Notes under the pieces: generated by a model
Databases searched by the model: none
Seen by the model: the letters and a program-made list of their open reading frames with translations, nothing else
Told to the model about the DNA's origin: nothing
Origin: Oculatellaceae cyanobacterium bins.114
Lineage (GTDB): Bacteria > Cyanobacteriota > Cyanobacteriia > Elainellales > Elainellaceae
Assembly (NCBI GenBank): GCA_033764315.1
Contig: JANRJA010000205.1
Coordinates: 1-64,000 of the forward strand
Reading direction: 5' to 3'
Length of the DNA stretch: 64,000 bases
In this document: positions 1-8,300 of the stretch, in pieces
How the letters are laid out: each line of letters starts with the position of its first letter
How positions within the stretch are numbered: position 1 is the stretch's first letter
Made by a program: the position numbers and the translations under genes

Positions 1-1
1 T

Positions 2-140
2 GCTCCTACCCTCGACCAACTCAAACAAACCCTCTCACAGCATCTCAACAATATCTCTGCTGAAACACTTGCATCCCTCACCTCCTATGACTTCATCCTA
101 GAAGCTCTTTTTGGCGCAGCTTCATAAAATATTGGTATTA
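2..140 (+). mobile_element. 3' end of an IS630-family transposase and right end of the IS (truncated by window start)
   Basis: Frame 2..127 reads APTLDQLKQTLSQHLNNISAETLASLTSYDFILEALFGAAS*, resembling the C-terminus of cyanobacterial IS630 transposases. It is followed by ATTGGTAT-TA, consistent with an IS630 end and TA target. Not in the ORF track because the start lies outside the window. Confidence 0.7.
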
Positions 141-198
141 GACTGATAAAATAGAGAGTTAGTATATTTTTGTTAAGTCGCTTTTGACTGAAGTGCTT

Positions 199-522
199 AT
201 GACGACGGTAATAGCAGCAACCTACACGGTAGCGATCGCGCCAACGGTGGCTCCCACTAAGTCTAGCCAAGTGACTCGCAAGCCTTATCCAAACTATAAG
301 GTGATTGTGTTGAATGACGACTTTAATACGTTTCAACACGTGGCTGAGTGTTTGATGAAATATATTCCTTGCATGACGAGCGATCGCGCCTGGGAGTTAA
401 CCAATCAGATTCACCATGAAGGACAGGCAACCGTGTGGGTTGGCCCACAAGAGCCAGCCGAACTCTATCACATGCAGTTGAGTCGCGCCGGATTGACAAT
501 GGCTCCACTAGAGCAGGCATAA
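199..522 (+). CDS. clpS: ATP-dependent Clp protease adaptor ClpS
   Basis: YKVIVLNDDFNTFQHV...AWELTNQIHHEGQATVW...AELYH motifs. ATG at 199 preferred over TTG at 184. Confidence 0.95.
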   Translation: MTTVIAATYTVAIAPTVAPTKSSQVTRKPYPNYKVIVLNDDFNTFQHVAECLMKYIPCMTSDRAWELTNQIHHEGQATVWVGPQEPAELYHMQLSRAGLTMAPLEQA

Positions 523-614
523 CTCCCACTGAGTAAAACTCGCCGCAAATAGGGTGAGACAGGGTTCAGGGGATGGCTCTATCAGGTTTAGTGAGCAAAT
601 GTATTGCCTTTATT

Positions 615-872
615 AACGTCAGTTCGGTTTAAGAGTCTAGCGAATAAATTCGCGGCTATCAAAGCGAAGTTCGCCTTCGCGAACTACAGAAAATCAAGGG
701 TTGAGTGAACTGACTCATACAAAATCCGGCTAGTTGCTTACTAATTACTTTCCTACAGGCAAAGGTTTTAGCCTAGCCTTACAACAGGGAAGTAGCCAGA
801 TTTCATATCAGGTCGGTTTTGTTCCTGTAGTTGCGGTTTCAACCGCCAAAATCCTCATCCCGAATTCACGTT
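615..872. mobile_element. MITE (about 165 bp) interrupted by a nested 90-bp element
   Basis: TIRs AACGTCAGTTCGG / CCGAATTCACGTT, TATT duplicated on both flanks (611-614, 873-876), internal hairpins, and an uninterrupted homologous copy at 61699-61864. Confidence 0.85.
718..807. mobile_element. Nested small MITE with 3-bp TCA target duplication
   Basis: TACAAAATCCGGCTA ... TAGCCAGATTTCATA imperfect TIRs (12/15), TCA at 715-717 and 808-810. Absent from the sister copy of the host element. Confidence 0.8.
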
Positions 873-874
873 TA

Positions 875-1546
875 TTAATAAATCTCGATTTGCTCGATGC
901 GGCGAAAGTCACGCTCGACTTCATACCACAGAGCTTTGTTGTGGGGGTCGGTTCGCAAAGCTTTCTTCAGATAAATCCGGGCTTTATCGGATTGCTTCGT
1001 ATCGACCAGGTGTCGCCCAAACCGTTGATAGGTGATCGCTTGCCACTGCCGCACCTCAGGATCATTGGGCAAGCGTTGAGCTAACCCCTCAACCAACGTA
1101 ATGGCTCTCGGAAACCGTTGCCCTCTTAACAACCGTTGCAATTGCTCATACACATTTTGCTTGAGATCATAGTCATTTTGAGAGATCTCAGGATTGCGCT
1201 CGATCGGAGGAGCTTTGCGTGTCGTAATTTTGACTTGAGTTGGGGACTTGGGCGGAGTCGATTTGGCGGATGTAGAAGCGGGCGATCGCGTCCCAGATGG
1301 GGTTGATGTCGGCTTAGATTTTGCTTTAGCCGCCTTTTCATCGGGGGCTTTGCTGGGTTGCACCGCCTCCATCAACTGACGATAGGCTTCACTCAGTTGA
1401 ATAAACTTCTCTTTTGCTTGTTGCGGATTTCCAGGATTGACATCTGGGTGATATTGTCTAGCCAAACGCCGATAAGACGCCTTAATCTCATCATAAGACG
1501 CGCCAGTTCTCAGCCCTAGTAATCGGTAACAGTCCGCCAGGTTCAT
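875..1546 (-). CDS. J-domain (DnaJ type III) protein with C-terminal TPR-like helices
   Basis: N-terminal J domain with YHPDVN (HPD motif), S/T/P-rich linker, TPR-like C-terminus. Confidence 0.92.
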   Translation of the reverse strand: MNLADCYRLLGLRTGASYDEIKASYRRLARQYHPDVNPGNPQQAKEKFIQLSEAYRQLMEAVQPSKAPDEKAAKAKSKPTSTPSGTRSPASTSAKSTPPKSPTQVKITTRKAPPIERNPEISQNDYDLKQNVYEQLQRLLRGQRFPRAITLVEGLAQRLPNDPEVRQWQAITYQRFGRHLVDTKQSDKARIYLKKALRTDPHNKALWYEVERDFRRIEQIEIY

Positions 1547-1554
1547 TTAAGGGA

Positions 1555-1584
1555 AAAAACGGCAGAATCTTGAATGATTCTGCC
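1555..1584 (-). terminator. Putative intrinsic terminator after the clp operon
   Basis: GGCAGAATC/GATTCTGCC 9-bp stem (1561-1584) followed on the minus strand by GTTTTTT. Confidence 0.6.
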
Positions 1585-1642
1585 ATTTCCTACGTAAAAT
1601 TAACAGCTTGAACAGTAAATCATGTCACTTCGCAAAGGTTTG

Positions 1643-2236
1643 CTAAGGAGTTTGATCCACCACTCGATCAATCAGACCATATTCTTTGGCTTCTTCAGCC
1701 GACATGAAGTAGTCGCGATCGGTGTCTTTTTGAATCTGCTCAATGGTTTTGCCCGTGTGGTGTGCCAACATATCGTTTAGCTCACTCCGCATCCGCAAAA
1801 TTTGTCGAGCTTCGATTTCAATGTCGGTTGCTTGACCTCTTGCACCCCCTAGCGGTTGATGAATCATAATGCGGGCATGAGGTAAGGCTAACCGTTTGCC
1901 TCGGCTGCCAGCCGCCAACAAAAATGCACCCATCGAAGCCGCTAGACCGACGCAAATGGTTACTACCTCCGATTTGATGTGTTGCATGGTGTCATAAATG
2001 GCCATGCCTGCGGTGACAGATCCACCCGGAGAGTTGATGTAAAGGTAGATCGGCTTGCTGGAATCATCAGAATCGAGATACAGCATGTAAGCGACGATCG
2101 CATTGGCAATGCCATCATCGACTTCTTCAGCTAAAAAGATGATGCGCTCTCGAAAGAGACGCTCATAAATACTAATCCACTGCTCATAAGAGCTGCCCGG
2201 AAGGCGATAGGGAACGCTGGGGATACCGATAGGCAT
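1643..2236 (-). CDS. clpP: Clp protease proteolytic subunit, ClpP3 type (active)
   Basis: [16 protein letters not shown] (catalytic Ser), IMIHQP (His), DTDRD (Asp), and an [15 protein letters not shown]-terminus typical of cyanobacterial ClpP3. Confidence 0.96.
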   Translation of the reverse strand: MPIGIPSVPYRLPGSSYEQWISIYERLFRERIIFLAEEVDDGIANAIVAYMLYLDSDDSSKPIYLYINSPGGSVTAGMAIYDTMQHIKSEVVTICVGLAASMGAFLLAAGSRGKRLALPHARIMIHQPLGGARGQATDIEIEARQILRMRSELNDMLAHHTGKTIEQIQKDTDRDYFMSAEEAKEYGLIDRVVDQTP

Positions 2237-2288
2237 AGGTTCAGAGGAGGGGTAAGGAATGAATGAAACGGGAACAGTAGCCGTAATC

Positions 2289-2957
2289 TCAAGAGAGGGT
2301 GCTAGCGAGTTTGGGTAGATCCTTAGTGCTTTCTAAAACGCGATCAATTAACCCATATTCTTTGGCTTCTTGAGGAGACATATAAAACAGGCGATCAGTA
2401 TCCTTCAAGATTTTGTCAACCGACTGCCCTGTATTTTGAGAGAAGATCTCTAAAATCAATGCTTTCTTCTCCAACATCTCAGCCGCATTGACCTGGATAT
2501 CAGTAGCCTGTCCCTGGGTGCCAAGCCGAGGAGTATCCAGAGCAATTAAAGAGTGAGGTAGACTAGCGCGCTTGCCTTTGACACCCGATGACAAAATCAG
2601 AGCGGCCATACCTGCGGCTTGACCCAAACAGATAGTCAACACTTCTGACTTAATATGTCGAATGGTGTCATACACCGCCAACCCAGCCGTGATGGAGATC
2701 ATTCCGGCTGTGACTGATGCCATTCCCGCTGCGATCGGGTCACCCAACGAATTGATATAGAGATAAATGGGCTTGCTCTGGTCTTGAGATTCCAGATACA
2801 GCATTCCAGAAATGAGGGAGTTAGCCACTCCATCGGTCAACGGTTGATTGAGAAAGAGAATCCGCTCTTGGCTCAACCGGGTATAGATGTTGATCCATTG
2901 CCAGTAGGGGCTACCGGGAATGTTGTATGGGACTCGCAGAATATCATCAACTGGCAT
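2289..2957 (-). CDS. Additional ClpP-family subunit with the catalytic triad lost (ClpR-like)
   Basis: ClpP-fold motifs ([23 protein letters not shown]) are present, but GQAAGMA (S>G), IALDTP (H>D) and DTDRL (D>L) replace the triad. Confidence 0.9.
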   Translation of the reverse strand: MPVDDILRVPYNIPGSPYWQWINIYTRLSQERILFLNQPLTDGVANSLISGMLYLESQDQSKPIYLYINSLGDPIAAGMASVTAGMISITAGLAVYDTIRHIKSEVLTICLGQAAGMAALILSSGVKGKRASLPHSLIALDTPRLGTQGQATDIQVNAAEMLEKKALILEIFSQNTGQSVDKILKDTDRLFYMSPQEAKEYGLIDRVLESTKDLPKLASTLS

Positions 2958-2976
2958 AAAAATGCTCTAAGACAGC

Positions 2977-3666
2977 TTAGGTCAGAGAAGGAACAGGAGT
3001 GGGTAAATCTTTGACCCCTTCAAGAACGCGATCGATCAGTCCATATTCCTTGGCGTTTTGAGGAGTCAGATAAAACATTCGATCGGTGTCTTTAGAAATT
3101 TTTTCCATTGACTGACCTGTGTTTTTAGCCAAGATTTCTAACATTGCCGTCCGGTTGACTAGCACTTCCTTGGCACGAATCTGGACATCACTTGCCTGAC
3201 TACGTCCGACGCCAGTGCGGGGTTGGTTGAGCACGATCGTGGCATGCGGTAGGCTAGCCCGAAAGCCTTTGGTTCCAGCTGACAAAATCATGGCAGCGGT
3301 GCCCATTGCCTGACCAATACAAATGGTGTGAACTGGAGGCTTGATGTAGTTAATGGTGTCGCAAATGGCAAAGGCTTCAGTCTCAAAGCCGATCGACTCT
3401 CCGCCATACCAAGAGGTGCCTGTGGAGTTGATGTAGAAGAAGATAGGCTTTTCAGGATCGTCAAATTGCAGATATAACAATTGAGCGATGATAAGCTTGG
3501 TGACATCGACTCCCATCTGACGTTTAAAGTCATCGGATGAGACGAGGGGCAACCCCAGGTAAACGATACGTTCCTTCAAGAGTAGCGAAGGAAGGTCAGG
3601 TGGAGGAGTCCGGTAGTAGGCATCCCCACCATAGTAATTCGATTGAACAGCCTTAATTGAACTCAT
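2977..3666 (-). CDS. clpR: Non-proteolytic Clp subunit ClpR
   Basis: RTPPPDLPSLLLKERIVYLG, YINSTGTSWY insertion, GQAMGTAA without catalytic Ser. Lies upstream of clpP3 as in known cyanobacterial clpR-clpP3 operons. Confidence 0.93.
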   Translation of the reverse strand: MSSIKAVQSNYYGGDAYYRTPPPDLPSLLLKERIVYLGLPLVSSDDFKRQMGVDVTKLIIAQLLYLQFDDPEKPIFFYINSTGTSWYGGESIGFETEAFAICDTINYIKPPVHTICIGQAMGTAAMILSAGTKGFRASLPHATIVLNQPRTGVGRSQASDVQIRAKEVLVNRTAMLEILAKNTGQSMEKISKDTDRMFYLTPQNAKEYGLIDRVLEGVKDLPTPVPSLT

Positions 3667-3774
3667 AGATCCAAATCGCCTGGGCAGTTGCCTAAAAGAA
3701 TGGCATTATTTCTAACATAGTAGCGTGAACCTAGAGTCGCTTTTGGATTGGAGCAGTTAGGGGTATCCGAACAG

Positions 3775-3965
3775 AGGGGAAAAAGAAGAATAAGGGCTGA
3801 AGGATGAAAAGAGAAAAAAGAAGAGAGAAGAGAGAAAAAAGAAGAAAAAATCTCGGATACATAAATTAAAGTTCTGTATGCTCTTTGATTGAAGCCTGTT
3901 CGCCTTAAACTCAGGCTTTATCTTTCATCGGTTATCTTTCATCCTTCATCGTTTATCCTTTCCCC
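3775..3965. repeat. Opposed arrays of degenerate heptamer repeats (STRR-like)
   Basis: Purine-rich TGAAGGA/AGAAGAG/AGAAAAA units face pyrimidine-rich TCCTTCA/TCTTTCA units in the divergent clpR-vWA intergenic region. Confidence 0.65.
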
Positions 3966-4041
3966 ATCCTGTGTTCTTCCGAAATGGAATCACGCTACTG
4001 TGAAACTATTCGTATCGGTTTTTGACTAGGAGCATGAGGTT

Positions 4042-5280
4042 ATGAGAGTGGGTCTGCAAGCGGCACTGAATGATGCCAATCTGGATGCTGCCCAGCCTAG
4101 CAGCCAACGACAAATGGCGGTTTCAATCTCAGCGATCGCTGATTCGGTGAGTCGCACGGCTTCTCTCAATTTATGCTTGATCCTCGATCACAGTGGCTCT
4201 ATGAATGGGCGACCGCTAGAGACGGTGAAGCAAGCGGCTCAACGGATTGTAGACAGCCTATCTCCGGGCGATCGCATCTCAATTGTGGTGTTTGACCACA
4301 AAGCCAAGGTTTTAGTCCCCAATCAAATCATTGAAAACCCCGCAGGTATTAAGGTCGAGATTAATAAGCTCAAAGCTAGTGGAGGCACCGCCATCGATGA
4401 GGGCATGCGATTGGGCGTTGAAGAGATGGCAAAAGGCAAACGCGACACGATCTCCCAAGCCTTTTTGTTGACTGATGGCGAAAATGAACATGGTGACAAC
4501 GATCGCTGTCTTAAGTTAGCGGAGTTAGCCGCAGGCTATAACCTCACCATCAACACGCTTGGGTTTGGCGATCACTGGAATCAAGACATTCTCGAAAAAA
4601 TCGCCGATGCGGGTGGAGGGTCACTGTCTTACATTCAACAACCTGAGGAAGCTGTGGGTGAATTCAGCCGATTGTTTAGCCGGATTCAATCGGTGGGGTT
4701 AACCAATGCTCACCTCTTGCTATCCCTAGCACCGCAAGTGCGACTAGCGGAACTTAAACCGATCGCCCAAGTGGTACCAGACACCATTGAGCTACCGCCG
4801 TTGAAGGAAGGAACTCAATTTATGGTGCGGTTAGGTGATTTGATGATCGATAGCCCTAGGGTGGTGTTGGTCAACTTATATGCCAGTCAACTACCAGAAG
4901 GAAAGCAAGCCCTTGCCCATCTTCAGGTGCGTTATGACGACCCAGCGCAAAACCAGGAAGGGTTGTTGTCAGATCTGATTATTGTCGATGCTAATGTACT
5001 CAGTCAGTTTCAAGCAAACCCTAATGCTCAGGTGCAACAGCATGTGTTGGCACTCGCTAAATATCGACAGACCCAAATCGCTGAAATGAAACTGCAACAG
5101 GGCGATCGCGCTGGAGCGGCAACCATGTTGCAATCGGCGGCTAAAACAGCGTTGCAAATGGGCGACCAGAATGCAGCTACGGTGTTGCAAAAGAGCGCAA
5201 CCGTGTTGCAGTCGGGTGAAGAGTTATCAGAGAGCGATCGCAAGAAGACCCGAATTGTGTCTAAGACGATTTTGCAGTAG
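4042..5280 (+). CDS. von Willebrand factor type A domain protein
   Basis: MIDAS motifs LILDHSGSM, GGT, LLTDGE. Confidence 0.93.
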   Translation: MRVGLQAALNDANLDAAQPSSQRQMAVSISAIADSVSRTASLNLCLILDHSGSMNGRPLETVKQAAQRIVDSLSPGDRISIVVFDHKAKVLVPNQIIENPAGIKVEINKLKASGGTAIDEGMRLGVEEMAKGKRDTISQAFLLTDGENEHGDNDRCLKLAELAAGYNLTINTLGFGDHWNQDILEKIADAGGGSLSYIQQPEEAVGEFSRLFSRIQSVGLTNAHLLLSLAPQVRLAELKPIAQVVPDTIELPPLKEGTQFMVRLGDLMIDSPRVVLVNLYASQLPEGKQALAHLQVRYDDPAQNQEGLLSDLIIVDANVLSQFQANPNAQVQQHVLALAKYRQTQIAEMKLQQGDRAGAATMLQSAAKTALQMGDQNAATVLQKSATVLQSGEELSESDRKKTRIVSKTILQ

Positions 5281-5358
5281 AAGTCAGTGATGGGATGTGA
5301 AACTCATTTACTCTCATTAGGGCAGTCTCAGCTAGGTGGATGGCAACGAGAGTATGAC

Positions 5359-8300
5359 TCACTCCGCAATCTCCAGAGTAGTCGCGGTCGATCGCCCAAA
5401 GTCTTCGGCGGCATATTGCAGATGAGCCTCTGCACCGGGGTAGGAGAAGGTGCCAGGGGTAACGGAGCGAACGAGGTAGTGCAGGGTATAGACCCCCGGT
5501 TCCAGGTGGTCGCCATAGGCAACAACGCGATCGCGATAAATGGTCTGATAACCGATTTGCCAACTGTCGCCTCGTGCCGCAAAGTAAGGCGTTGCGGTTT
5601 GAAAGCTAGCATCGACGGCTTCTAACCCAGCGGGCAAGGGGTCGGTGATCAGCACATGGTCAACGGGATGATCGGTAATCACCTCAATGCCCACATCCAA
5701 CACTTGTCCGGGTTTAACCGTCAGCGGTTGCTCGTCGTCAAAGAGTCCGTATTGCTTCAACACATCAGGTTTATTGGCTGGACGCAAGGTACGAGTCACC
5801 CGCAAACCGTTAAATCGTCCAGGAGGGTTGCCCTGTAAGCGATAGCGGTAAGCTGCCAGGTAATGCAACGTTCCCTGTCCTGTTTTTCGCAGGGTCAGCG
5901 TGTTTTCGCCTTGAGGTAATTCTGACATCGGCACCGTCAAGCTTTCGCTAGAGTCTTCATAGCCTCGGAACTGGATCGAGGTCAGGGTTTTGCCTGCCAG
6001 TTGAGCCGTTGCTGTGAAGTTGGGTGGTTCCGGTTGCAGTTGGCTATACTCCACCAGAGCCGTGAGGGCTTCAGCCGTGTCATAGGTATTGCCCCAAGTG
6101 CCGTTGCGTCGCTGTGAGAGTAACCCCTGCACCAGACGATCGACAACCGCGCGATCGCTCTGGCGAGTGACAAATAACCGCAGTGCTTCTGCTTGAGCTA
6201 CCGTGGGCGAACTCAGCCAACGCCAAGTGCTCGGCAGGTTAACCGTGGCAGCTCGTCCGGTTTCAGCGATCGCCTCTTGCACCTGACGGGTGAGGTCTGT
6301 CGCCTCTGTCTGCCAATCAGGGAACTGTGACAGATAACGGGCTAACTTAATTTGCATCACCGGGTCAAACTGAGCGCGGCGTTCATACAACTCTGAGAGA
6401 AAGTCGGTGCGGGTGGTGCCCAACTCATCCAACGCCAACAACATGTCAAGACGAACTCGGTCTTTGCAGGGTTGCTCTTTGCAGAACTCGTATTGACCCG
6501 GATCTGCCAGAATGCGCTGAAGATAACCCACTAACCGTGTGACCATATCCTGCTTCAGTTGCAGAGTAGCAGGGGCGGTGACTCCCTCGAAAGTCGTTCG
6601 AGCGGTAGCGATCGCCCGTGCCGCATAGGGCGTGACAAAGGGATCGGACTGTTGCCCTCCGGGATAAGCAGCAAACCCACCATCGCCTTGTTGGAGTTTG
6701 GCTAACTGTTCCAGGGCAGCATTGGCCTGCTCAACCGGAATGAATTGGGCGTCTGTTTGCCCGTAGGTGAGAGTAAGGAATTGTAGATTAGCGGCGATCG
6801 CCAACTGACTGGCAGCGAGTTCCAGGAAAGGCAGTTGCTCTGTTTGGAGAATTTGCCGAGCAGGTACTTGAATGTCGGCAACCAGTGTACTGGCTAGCGA
6901 CAGATCCAATCCGCCCAGGTCGCGCATAACATTGGCATCCACCTTTAAGGGAATCTGCACCTGCGTTTCGGTTGTGCCCGATTCCACTACCTGCTCGGTT
7001 ACGGCTAATGGTTTCACCTCCAGCGTTTCTCGGAAAGCATCCGACTCGTCATTGAACTTTGTGGAAAATTGAATGCTGGCTTCTCCTGCCGTGGTCGCCA
7101 CCACTGGAAAACGGTAAGCCGTTGTGCCAGATTGAGCTTGATCTTCTTGAGACAGGGAGGTGTTATCGGCTTGTAACCCGCCACTGAGGGTTCCCTCGAT
7201 CGCCAGGTTCCCCGTTTGATTGGTTGTGTTCGTGACGGATAGACCTGCTTCTAGGCGATCGCCGGGACGAGCAAACTGCGGCAAAATGGCATTGGTAATG
7301 AGCGGTTGTGTCGTGATAAACGTAGTCTCCCCGTTGCCAAAGTGGAGTTGACCATCCGTTGCCACGACCATGACGCGCCAAGTGGTCAGGTTATCGGGCA
7401 GGGGAAAGGTGACGGTTGCCTGTCCGTTAGCATCCGTCAGCACAGAGCCATTGTAGTAGGCCAACGGCTGAAAGTTTGTCCGAATGCGGGTATTGCCCGC
7501 TCCGGTAGAGTAACCTCCCCCAAACCCCCACCCCTTATCGATCGGAGAGGTGAGCGGTTGCAACACCACATCCGGGCGATTATCGGCAAAGCGAAGCGAG
7601 ATCGGTTGCTCGGCGTAGACTGTCTCCACCAGATCAGGGGGACGGTAGCCTGTCAGTTGCAACACGGCCTCATTCACCACCATGACGGTGACTTGTCCTT
7701 GAACAGGTTGTCCCTGTGGAGTTTGCACCGTCAGCTGCACCGTTTGGGAGGTACTGGGAGCCACTGACTCCGCCTGCGGCGTTGCCGTCACGGTTAGATA
7801 TTGATCTGCCAAATTGACCTTAAACGGGGCAAAACCAATCCGTACCAGATCCTCTAAACTACCGGGTTCTACCTGCTCCAGGGGGGCTCCCTGTCGCACT
7901 AACACCACTTCGATCGCCGCATTAGGCAACATCTCTGGTGTGACTTGAAACTGAATTTGGGGTGCTCCTCCTTTCACTTGGGTCACACTCTTGTACAGCG
8001 TGTCATGGCGCACCACGGCAAAGTAGAGTTCCGCGTCGGGGTAGGGCGACTGAATTAAGGCATTCACCATCTCTCCAACCTGATACGTTTCCTTATCGAG
8101 TTGGATATCGATGCGCTCATCAGTGTAGCGATCGCCCCAGTTGACCTCGTTTGCTCCCGTGATCCAGATTTGCACATCTGTGGCAGTTGCCTCATTGCGG
8201 GCATTGGTGAAGTTAGCGCGAATCCGATAGGCTCCTGCCTCAGTCGCCGTGAGTGAAATGGGTTCAGGCGTTTTGCCAGAGCGGGTTTCTGCCTGTGCCA

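Noticed and set aside
734-1084. 116-aa plus-strand ORF
   Set aside because: It begins inside the nested MITE and runs antisense to the J-domain gene, with no recognisable motif.
4042-5280. vWA gene as part of a MoxR-vWA ternary conflict system with the ATPase-TPR pair
   Set aside because: It is on the opposite strand, separated by the 5.8-kb macroglobulin gene, and the ATPase lacks MoxR motifs.
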